DNA of 64,000 bases. Source: an uncultured Gemmatimonadaceae bacterium. GTDB lineage: Bacteria; Gemmatimonadota; Gemmatimonadetes; Gemmatimonadales; GWC2-71-9. The position numbers and the translations under genes are program-made. A model generated the notes under the pieces. The model was not told where the DNA came from, did not search any database, and worked only from the letters and a program-made list of their open reading frames with translations. Of the stretch, positions 21,175 through 28,716 are shown in pieces. The stretch covers positions 34,351 to 98,350 of the forward strand of contig CAZRGT010000016.1 of NCBI GenBank assembly GCA_964599725.1, in the 5' to 3' direction. Position 1 is the stretch's first letter. Each line of letters starts with the position of its first letter.

Positions 21175-21443
21175 GCGCCCTCGACCACCAGCAGGTCTGC
21201 CGTGCGACACGTGTCGAGGAATTGCCGCACGCTGGCTTCTGCCTGCTCCGGCGTCACCTCGTATTGCTCCACGAGCAAGCGCACCAGCTCGTCCACGGAT
21301 CGCGGCGCTTCGAGCGCCTGCAACAGGATCAGGCCGCTCTCGGTCACGGAAAAATAGCGGCGCGTTCCCAGATGCAGCACGACCCCGTCGCCTTCGACGT
21401 CGGCGAGGCGCAAGTCCGGATGTCGGATGTAACGTTGGCTCAT
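21171..21443 (-). CDS. RiPP recognition element (PqqD/B1 family)
   Basis: VEGDGVVLHLGTRRYFSVTESGLILLQAL...VEQYEVTPEQAEASVRQFL, 90 aa. Confidence 0.92.
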   Translation of the reverse strand: MSQRYIRHPDLRLADVEGDGVVLHLGTRRYFSVTESGLILLQALEAPRSVDELVRLLVEQYEVTPEQAEASVRQFLDTCRTADLLVVEGA

Positions 21444-22357
21444 GTGACGAGCTCGATCAGACGGTTCGGTCGGGAGAACAAGTCGCGCCCCAACGTAACC
21501 CGGTAGCAACGCGCCTGCCCGGTCAGTCGTGTCAGCACGTTCAGGTGGTCCTGCGCCAGGTCGGGCTCGAGCATCACCCATGCGGACCACCGCACCAGCT
21601 CCGCCACCGCCCCCCGCCGATCCAGGGGCTTGGCGCTGGTCTTGGCGTTTCCCACGGCCGTGAAAATAACGACCTCCGGGTCGACGAGGGGGGTCCAGAC
21701 ACCCCCCAGATCCTCCGGCCGGTATCCGGTCTTCCCCCGATCGGGGAGGGATACCCCCCCGGCTCGGGCGAGTAGCCCCAGGCCGCCATCGCGCAGGGCG
21801 ATGGGCGCGCGACAGGTGTGCACGATGATGCGATCGCCGCGGCGCTCGAGGAACGCCGCGTCATCTGTTCCTACGCGCCAACCCGACGCCGCCAACAGGG
21901 CGGCGGTCGTGGACTTTCCCGCATGCGCGTTGCCGGCCACGAGCCAGCCACGGCCCTGCGGGTCAATCGCCGTCGCCGCGTGCAGGTGATACCAGCCCAC
22001 CCGCCGCAGCAAGACGATCAGGACCACCATCAGGAAGGTGCGGGTACAGAGCTCGAGCTTTTCAACCGCGGCCGGGGAAAGACGGATCGACGCCGTAGCA
22101 GCATCGCCAGGAACTTCGGCGATCGCGGGGGCTTCCTCCCACAACACGCGGAGGCCCCGACCTCCGGGGCCTCGCGCGAAGCGCACCTGGGGTTGCTCGA
22201 AAACGACCTCCGTCAGCGCCGGGATCGCGGCGGCCGAGACCGAGACGTCCAGAACCAGGCCGGGTGGCGCCGCGAGGGATAACCTCGCAAGCCATCCCTC
22301 GAGGACCGCCTTGACGGAGACGTCGCTGCATCGAATCTCGATGGCGGGGGCAGACAT
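21440..22357 (-). CDS. HPr kinase-related P-loop kinase
   Basis: HLHAA, GNAHAGKSTT Walker A, GTDD acidic pair. Confidence 0.85.
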   Translation of the reverse strand: MSAPAIEIRCSDVSVKAVLEGWLARLSLAAPPGLVLDVSVSAAAIPALTEVVFEQPQVRFARGPGGRGLRVLWEEAPAIAEVPGDAATASIRLSPAAVEKLELCTRTFLMVVLIVLLRRVGWYHLHAATAIDPQGRGWLVAGNAHAGKSTTAALLAASGWRVGTDDAAFLERRGDRIIVHTCRAPIALRDGGLGLLARAGGVSLPDRGKTGYRPEDLGGVWTPLVDPEVVIFTAVGNAKTSAKPLDRRGAVAELVRWSAWVMLEPDLAQDHLNVLTRLTGQARCYRVTLGRDLFSRPNRLIELVT

Positions 22358-22451
22358 GGCTCAAAAAAGCCTGCTCAAAGCGCCAAACGCCAGGCCGCGG
22401 GAAGCGACCTGGCGCATGGAGGTAGAGACCCTACAGGACTAGGAGCTGCGA

Positions 22452-22477
22452 CCGCCGTGACGGAAACCGCGAGGCGG
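22452..22477 (-). other. Stem-loop just 3' of precursor gene
   Basis: CCGCC...CGG-AAA-CCG...GGCGG imperfect hairpin 8 nt past the stop; no U-tract. Confidence 0.45.
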
Positions 22478-22485
22478 AACAGGCA

Positions 22486-22653
22486 TCACGCCGAGCGACC
22501 GCCCTGCTGCGTGCGGCTGGCCAAGTTGCCCTGGCTGTTGGTCGAGTTGCCGCGCGTCGGCTGGCCGAGCGACACGAGCGTCACGCCTTCCAGCGACGCC
22601 TCTTCTGTCAGCTTCGGGGCCACGAAGGGTTTGCGCGTTGGTTTCTGCTCCAC
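22486..22653 (-). CDS. RiPP precursor peptide, 55 aa, lasso-type leader
   Basis: GGGAGG RBS 7 nt before GTG; MEQKPTRKPFVAPKLTEEASLEGVTL-VSLGQPTRGNSTNSQGNLASRTQQGGRSA; FxxPxL and penultimate Thr; first gene of RRE/B2 operon. Confidence 0.85.
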   Translation of the reverse strand: MEQKPTRKPFVAPKLTEEASLEGVTLVSLGQPTRGNSTNSQGNLASRTQQGGRSA

Positions 22654-22691
22654 GATGAGCCTCCCTTTTCCGGTGAATGTCGCCGCTGGGT

Positions 22692-22719
22692 ACACTACGC
22701 CGTCGCAGTGCTATAGCAA
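22692..22719 (-). promoter_or_regulatory. Promoter for precursor operon
   Basis: TTGCTA-N16-TAGTGT; -35 overlaps palindrome TGCTATAGCA; a weak sigma54-like GG-N10-GC overlaps the same site. Confidence 0.45.
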
Positions 22720-22867
22720 GTCTCACGCCCCTGTAACCCTGCATCTGGCGCCCACTCTAACATATTGCAATACAACTGCTTACCTGGGCTGGCATCGATC
22801 GATGGAGTCGCCTTCGGAGTCTGCTCGCCACAAACTCCCCCACGCCTTGTAGCGAGACTACCACGGT

Positions 22868-23212
22868 CTAACGCGGCAAAGTGAGCCAGCCAGCCACGAG
22901 TCCTCCAACTTGAGCGACGATCGCGATGGGCAAGGACAACCGTCGCGCGCTGGCATGCTCAGACTCGATGACCAAGAAGGTGACGAGGAGCGCCGCAAAG
23001 AAGGGCCAATTGGCCTGCAGATGGAAAAAATGAAGGATGCCGTCCCCGGTCCAAGCGGCGGCGAAGCCACCAGCGAGCGAACCCAACAGCATGGCAACCT
23101 GTTTGGCACGGCGAAACGGTAGCGCGCCGAGCGGCAGGAACACCACGAGGCCGACCAGCGCAGCCAGGACCGCGCAAGCGAATCCAACCGCATATCCGAG
23201 GACTGTCTTCAT
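22868..23212 (-). CDS. Small integral membrane hypothetical protein (about 4 TM)
   Basis: MKTVLGYAVGFACAVLAALVGLVVF...; AGAGG RBS right after tRNA. Confidence 0.7.
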   Translation of the reverse strand: MKTVLGYAVGFACAVLAALVGLVVFLPLGALPFRRAKQVAMLLGSLAGGFAAAWTGDGILHFFHLQANWPFFAALLVTFLVIESEHASARRLSLPIAIVAQVGGLVAGWLTLPR

Positions 23213-23224
23213 AGGCCTCTTACG

Positions 23225-23308
23225 TGCCCGGGGCAGGACTCGAACCTGCATGGGGTTGCCCCCAAGGGATTTTAAGTCCCTTGCGTCTACCGATTTCGCC
23301 ACCCGGGC
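23225..23308 (-). tRNA. tRNA-Leu (anticodon TAA), CCA not encoded
   Basis: GCCCGGG acceptor stem, TGGCGAAATCGGTAGACGC D-arm, GGGA-CTTAAAA-TCCC anticodon arm, long variable arm, GTTCGAGTC T-loop. Confidence 0.96.
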
Positions 23309-23318
23309 CGGTTCAATG

Positions 23319-24473
23319 TTATATCACGCGCTCACGCCGCGCGCCCGGACCCGGGCGGACCACACTCATGGCGGGCTCGCGACCATAGGCCCGAGCAAAC
23401 GCCCGCCGGATCGCCGCGGCAATCGCACGCTCGCGCCGCTCGGTACCCTCCGCCGGCCCCACCACGATGAGCCCTGCCCCTCCCCATCCGGCGCCGGTCA
23501 GCCGGGCTCCCCAGGCCCCGGCGCGCCGTGCGGCCCGCACCGCGAGATCGAGCTCCGGCGCACTGCATTCGAACCAGCGGCGACACGACTCGTGTGAGGC
23601 ATCCACCAGCCGGCCAAACGCCCGCAAGTGTCCACGCGCCAGGAGGGCGGCAGCCGCCCGGGTTCGCCCCGTCTCCGTCACGACATGCATGGCCCGGGAC
23701 CGCAGCGGATTCGCCAGCAGCCGCCGCAACGCCAGAACCCGCCGGAGCGGCCAGTCGGCGAGGTTCGTCAGACCAGGCGTCGAGCGCGCCAAGGTGGCCA
23801 GCGCAGCCTCGCATTCCGCTCGCCGCTCGTTGTAGGCGCTCGCCGCGAGATCGTGGCGCGCCCCCGTGTCCACGAGCAACAACCGCGCCCGCACGGGGAT
23901 GTGCCGGTATCGCCCCGTCGCGCATTCGATCAATAAGGCATGGCCGGCGCGAGCGCGTACGGCAATGGTTTGATCCATGATGCCGCAGCGCACACCCACG
24001 TGCTCGTGCTCGGCCCGATGCGCCACGGTCACCAACTCAAAAGGCGTCAGGGCGACGCCCGCGAGGCCTGCGAGTGCGCGTCCGGCAGCCACGGCAAGCG
24101 CCGCCGAGGACGCAAGACCCGCGCCCGCCGGGACCGCACTGGCCACCGCGAGACGCGCGCCGTCCGGTGCCGCGTCCCGCCCGGCTAGCTCCCGCATGAC
24201 GCCCACGATGTACCCGGCCCACCCGGCGGGAAGCGGGCCATCCCAGCGGACCCGTACCGGGAGGTCATCCCGTGACGAAACGAGGTCAAGCCAGCCCGGT
24301 TCGCCGGGACCCACGACGACGGTCGTCCGTTCCATCGTGGCGAACGGCAGAACGGGACCCCCGTTGTAGTCGGTGTGATCACCGATCAGGTTCACGCGTC
24401 CGGGCGCACTCGCCGCGTGCGTCGGCGCACTCCCGAACGCCGTGCGGAATAGCGCTATCGCCTGTGCTCGCAT
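23319..24473 (-). CDS. galK: Galactokinase
   Basis: APGRVNLIGDHTDYNGG, GAGLASSAA, CGIMDQ, GARLTGAGWGG. Confidence 0.92.
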   Translation of the reverse strand: MRAQAIALFRTAFGSAPTHAASAPGRVNLIGDHTDYNGGPVLPFATMERTTVVVGPGEPGWLDLVSSRDDLPVRVRWDGPLPAGWAGYIVGVMRELAGRDAAPDGARLAVASAVPAGAGLASSAALAVAAGRALAGLAGVALTPFELVTVAHRAEHEHVGVRCGIMDQTIAVRARAGHALLIECATGRYRHIPVRARLLLVDTGARHDLAASAYNERRAECEAALATLARSTPGLTNLADWPLRRVLALRRLLANPLRSRAMHVVTETGRTRAAAALLARGHLRAFGRLVDASHESCRRWFECSAPELDLAVRAARRAGAWGARLTGAGWGGAGLIVVGPAEGTERRERAIAAAIRRAFARAYGREPAMSVVRPGPGARRERVI

Positions 24474-24558
24474 CGGTTTGACAAGGGTTAGGGCCAATGG
24501 TACCGTACCGCTGCCGGTTCCACCATCGCCACTTCTTCCGTCTCACAGGGACACTCGA

Positions 24559-25923
24559 ATGCGGCCGTTTGCCCGGTCTGTGGTGTTCGCGTCGTTCGGG
24601 ATACCCGCCCTGTTGTCGGCGCAGGGTTTCGCGGTCAACGAGCTCGGGACCTGCGCGATGGGCCGAGCTGGCGTCGCCGCGGCTGACCCCTGTCGCGACG
24701 GCTCGGCCGTGTGGGCCAACCCGGCCGCGCTGGCTGGCTTGCCGGGCACGCACCTCAGCGCGTCGGGCACGCTGATTCTCCCCCACGGCGGGTTTACCGA
24801 CGACCTGTTCGGCGTGAACACCGACATGCCGAGCCAGAAGTATCTGGTGCCGAGCGTGTACCTCACGCGCCAGATGGGCAAGCTGGGCCTCGGCATCGGA
24901 GTTTTCGCTCCCTACGGTCTTGGGACCAAGTGGTCGCGCGATTTCATCGGCCGGTTCGACAGCTACAACGCCCAGCTCCGATCCATTTACGTCCAGCCCA
25001 CTGTGGCCTATCAGGTGAACGACTGGCTCAGCCTGGGATTCGGCGTCGCCTACATCCACAGTACCGTGGAGCTGCATCAGCGGGTCGACCTCTCGCTCCA
25101 GCCGCTGCCAACGAACCCGTTCCTTCCGGCGGGCACGACCTTCGCCACTATCGGCATTCCGAGCTTCACCGACTTCGCCGACGCGAGCCTGACGGCAAGC
25201 GGCAGCGGGATCGCCTTCAACGGCGGGATCCGCGTAAAAGTGTCCGATCGACTGACCGTGGGCGGACATTTCATCACCAAGAAGACGATCACCTACAAGG
25301 GAAAGGCGACATTCACTCCGGTGCCCACCGGCCTCGTGTTCGCCACCGGCACGACGCCGTTTAACCCCAGCACACCGCTGCCGATCGATGCCGCGGTCGC
25401 CCCACAGTTCCTGGCGGGCGGGCCGCTGGTCAACCAGTCGGCGTCCACGGCCGTCACGCTGCCGGATCAGGGCACGATCGGTTTCGCGTACAAGGCAAGC
25501 GACAAGTGGACGGTGATGGGAGACTATCAGCAGATCGTGTGGGGCTGGTTCCAATCGATCGTGCTCGACTTCTCGAACTCGCTGACCCCCGACCGGGTGC
25601 TGCGGGAAGGCTTCAAGGACAGTCATGCGATCCGCCTCGGAGTCGAGTACCAGCGCAGCGCGACAACGGCGTTCCGCGCGGGGTACATCGGGCACACGCC
25701 TGCGGCGCCAGCGCAAACCGTGACGCCGCTCCTGCCCGAGGGCGCACGCAACGAGTTCACGGTCGGAATCGGCACCGCGCTCGCTCACGGTATCCAGCTC
25801 GACGCGGCCTACCAGCTCATCATCCAGCAGGATCGCCGGGGGCGCGCGGGCACGCCGTTCAACAACGGACTGTACACCTTCGGCGGACACCTGCTCGGCG
25901 CCGGTCTGTCCTACACCTTCTGA
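24559..25923 (+). CDS. FadL/TodX-family outer membrane transporter
   Basis: Signal peptide, QGFAVNELGTCAMGRAG, NPAAL, PYGLGT, C-terminal F. Confidence 0.88.
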   Translation: MRPFARSVVFASFGIPALLSAQGFAVNELGTCAMGRAGVAAADPCRDGSAVWANPAALAGLPGTHLSASGTLILPHGGFTDDLFGVNTDMPSQKYLVPSVYLTRQMGKLGLGIGVFAPYGLGTKWSRDFIGRFDSYNAQLRSIYVQPTVAYQVNDWLSLGFGVAYIHSTVELHQRVDLSLQPLPTNPFLPAGTTFATIGIPSFTDFADASLTASGSGIAFNGGIRVKVSDRLTVGGHFITKKTITYKGKATFTPVPTGLVFATGTTPFNPSTPLPIDAAVAPQFLAGGPLVNQSASTAVTLPDQGTIGFAYKASDKWTVMGDYQQIVWGWFQSIVLDFSNSLTPDRVLREGFKDSHAIRLGVEYQRSATTAFRAGYIGHTPAAPAQTVTPLLPEGARNEFTVGIGTALAHGIQLDAAYQLIIQQDRRGRAGTPFNNGLYTFGGHLLGAGLSYTF

Positions 25924-25942
25924 CCGAGAGGCGCGCATTTTC

Positions 25943-27172
25943 ATGCTTCGCACCAGCACGCTGATCGGCGCCGCGGCGGCTGGACTGCTGCTCCTGGTCG
26001 CGGCCTGCCACAACGACGAGCTGTTCCGCCCCGCGGCGATCATCCCGGTGGACCCGCTTTTCGCCCGCTACGTATCGATGGGAAACTCCATCACGGCGGG
26101 CTTCCAGTCCGGCGGCATCAACGACAGCACCCAGCTGCAATCCTATGCGAATCTGCTCGCGCGCCAGATGCATACCCCCTTCTTCACGCCGCTCCTCAAG
26201 CGGCCGGGGTGTCCGCCCCCGCTCGTCAACCTCTTCACGGGGGCTGTCGTCGGGCCGCCGCTGCCGCCGACCCTGCCGTGCGCGTTGCGGATGTCACAGG
26301 TGGCCGTGTCGCCGATCCTCAACAACGTGGCGGTGCCCGGAGCGGAGGTCGAGGACATCCTGAACAATTCGTCCCCGAGCTCCAACGCGAACACGCTCAC
26401 GACCCTCCTCCTCGGCGGACAGACGCAAGCGCAGGCCATGCAGCGGGCGAACCCGACGTTCGTGACGGTGTGGATCGGCAATAACGACGTGCTCGGCGCC
26501 GCCACCGATGCCGCCAACGGCGGCAATCCCGCCAAGGTGACTCCCCCCGCGGACTTTACGGCGCGCTACGACCTAGTGCTGGATGCAATCGACGCCACGC
26601 CCGCCTCCGGCAAGGGCGTGCTGCTGGGCGTCGTCGATGTCCCGGCCGCCCCGTATTTCTCGTACGGCCACATGTACCTCGGTGCGAAACTCAGGGGAGC
26701 CCTGCCCGCGACGTTCACGGTGATGCCCAGCTGCGCGCCACTGACTCTCGGGGGAGTGGGGGACACGACGCTGGTCCCGTTCCGCTACGGATTCGGCCTG
26801 ATCGCGGCGGCCCAAGCAGGAGCGACCACCACGCTCGATTGCCTCGACGATCACAACATCACGCCGAGCGAGTTGGCCAACCTGCACGCGACCGTCGCAG
26901 CGTACAACGCCCACATCGCCAGTGAGGCGAACGCCCGAGGCTATGCGTTCGCAGACCCGAACGTGCCGCTCGCGGCACTCCGGGCGGATACGACCCAGAT
27001 CGCGTTCTTCCCGCATCCACCCCCGGACCCCCGCGCCGTGGCGGCGCCGTTCGGCCTCGCGCTGTCGCGCGACGGCGTCCACCCCAGCGCTGCCACCCAC
27101 AGGCTGGTGGCAAACGCGCTGATCCAGGCGATCAACGCGAAATATTCGACCAGCCTCCTGCTCGTCCCCTGA
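25943..27172 (+). CDS. SGNH/GDSL-hydrolase lipoprotein
   Basis: Lipobox LVAAC; MGNSITAG, VPGA, WIGNND, DGVHP. Confidence 0.88.
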   Translation: MLRTSTLIGAAAAGLLLLVAACHNDELFRPAAIIPVDPLFARYVSMGNSITAGFQSGGINDSTQLQSYANLLARQMHTPFFTPLLKRPGCPPPLVNLFTGAVVGPPLPPTLPCALRMSQVAVSPILNNVAVPGAEVEDILNNSSPSSNANTLTTLLLGGQTQAQAMQRANPTFVTVWIGNNDVLGAATDAANGGNPAKVTPPADFTARYDLVLDAIDATPASGKGVLLGVVDVPAAPYFSYGHMYLGAKLRGALPATFTVMPSCAPLTLGGVGDTTLVPFRYGFGLIAAAQAGATTTLDCLDDHNITPSELANLHATVAAYNAHIASEANARGYAFADPNVPLAALRADTTQIAFFPHPPPDPRAVAAPFGLALSRDGVHPSAATHRLVANALIQAINAKYSTSLLLVP

Positions 27173-27195
27173 TCCGCCCCTCGCTCCTCTGTTTC

Positions 27196-28716
27196 GTGCC
27201 GGTCTGTTTCGCGGCGGGACCAATTGGGCTCACCGCCCAGGCGGTCGAGCGCGCCGACACGCCGCGCCGCGGCGCCCTGCGGGTGACGTTCGATCCCCAG
27301 ACCAGAGTGTGGGAACGGGAGTACACGGCCTTCGGCCGGCAGGCGATCGGAGCGGCGCTCACGGGCGACTCCGCCGCCACGGTGATCCCTTCCATCGACA
27401 GTCTCCAACAGGATGTACGTGCCTTGACCGGGATCGCCGGGTACGTGGCGAGCCTAGGCCACGAGCTGCTCGCCGTGCGCGCCGAGCGACGCGTCATGCC
27501 GATCGGCTTCGAGTACGGCGTCACCCCTCGACTCTCCATCGGGGTGACGGTCCCGATCGTGCGCGTGAACGTCAGGGAGAGTTTCCGGCAGCATCCGACG
27601 GGCGCCAATGTCGGCCTGGTCCCACAGGAATTCGAGGACTCGGTCCGTTACAACGCGTTTTTCAGCAATCTGAGCACGGCGCTGGCGCAGCTTCAGGACA
27701 GCATTGACGGCGGAGCGTACGGCTGCCCGTCGAGTCCGTCGTGCACCCAGGCCAACGCACTCCTCGCCCGAGGCGACTCCTTGCTCCAAGCCCTCGATAG
27801 GGCCGTGCACGGTACGGGGACACGGTATCTGCCGCTCGCCGGCTCCGAGACCGGTCTCGCCCTCACGGGTGTCGTGTCGGCACTTCAGCGAGCGCTGGTA
27901 GACACTTTGACCGTGACGGCTTTCGATGGGGACACGTTCCTGCTGCCGACGAGCGCCACCGCGGCACGAGGCGACGTCGCCAGCCTGCTCGCCGCACGCA
28001 CCAGCGGCCTCGACCTGGCCCCATACTCCGGCACTCCGCGCCGGCTGCGTTTTTTTTCCGGAGACGTGGAGGTGACGGCGAAGTACCGGTTCGTCTCGCG
28101 CGCCGCCTACGCGGCGGCCGCCCAGCTCGTGGTCCGCCTGCCGACGGGCCACCAGGACTCCCCCAACGATCCATTCGACATCGCGACGGGCGACCACCAA
28201 ACCGATCTTGAAGGCCGGCTCACCGGCGAACTGACTCTGTGGCGCCGTCTCTGGCTCAACATCGCGATTCGCGGCGCGCGGCAGCTGGCGGGCGAGCGCG
28301 AGCGGCGGGTGGGTCCCGTGGACCAGCCGTTCCTGCCGGCCACAACGCTGGCCCGACTGCGGTGGGATCCTGGTGACTATGTCGCCGTGGACTTTGCGCC
28401 CCTATACCGGTTTTCGCGCAATTTCGCGGCCGGAATGACCGCCGCCTATTCCGCCCAGGGGCGCGACCGCTACGCCTTTTTCTCACCGCAGGATTCCGTC
28501 ACGCTGGCCACCCAGATGGGGGGACCGGTCAGCCTCACCGTGCTCGAGCCGGGAACGGCGATCCGGCAGGCCCGACTGGGCCTCGCGGCCACCTACTCGG
28601 GGCCGCGACTGGAGGGCGGGTTTTCCCTGGAGCGGACGATCAGCGGCGCGGGCGGTCCGGTACCGGTCGCGACCGTGTTTCGGATCGTGATGCGACAGAC
28701 GATCGTGCTGTTCTGA
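27196..28716 (+). CDS. Secreted/outer-membrane hypothetical protein
   Basis: Long ORF with amphipathic beta strands, C-terminal F; an in-frame CTG at 27169 overlapping the upstream stop would give a full signal peptide. Confidence 0.7.
   Translation: MPVCFAAGPIGLTAQAVERADTPRRGALRVTFDPQTRVWEREYTAFGRQAIGAALTGDSAATVIPSIDSLQQDVRALTGIAGYVASLGHELLAVRAERRVMPIGFEYGVTPRLSIGVTVPIVRVNVRESFRQHPTGANVGLVPQEFEDSVRYNAFFSNLSTALAQLQDSIDGGAYGCPSSPSCTQANALLARGDSLLQALDRAVHGTGTRYLPLAGSETGLALTGVVSALQRALVDTLTVTAFDGDTFLLPTSATAARGDVASLLAARTSGLDLAPYSGTPRRLRFFSGDVEVTAKYRFVSRAAYAAAAQLVVRLPTGHQDSPNDPFDIATGDHQTDLEGRLTGELTLWRRLWLNIAIRGARQLAGERERRVGPVDQPFLPATTLARLRWDPGDYVAVDFAPLYRFSRNFAAGMTAAYSAQGRDRYAFFSPQDSVTLATQMGGPVSLTVLEPGTAIRQARLGLAATYSGPRLEGGFSLERTISGAGGPVPVATVFRIVMRQTIVLF

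Noticed and set aside
19742-22653. Calling the cluster an ordinary lasso peptide locus
   Set aside because: No cyclase in the window and no Asp/Glu in the predicted core.
22439-22852. Alternative ORFs 22439-22744 (-) and 22457-22852 (+) over the precursor
   Set aside because: No RBS or motif; the 22486-22653 frame has an RBS, a leader motif and operon context.
9140-23308. Integrase, transposase or attL/attR repeat for a tRNA-Leu island
   Set aside because: No recombinase ORF and no copy of the tRNA 3' end found by eye; a computed search could still find a short one.
16311-28716. Two convergent gene pairs both overlap by 77 bp (16311-16387 and 28640-28716)
   Set aside because: Overlaps are low-complexity C-terminal tails with no shared sequence; most likely coincidence.
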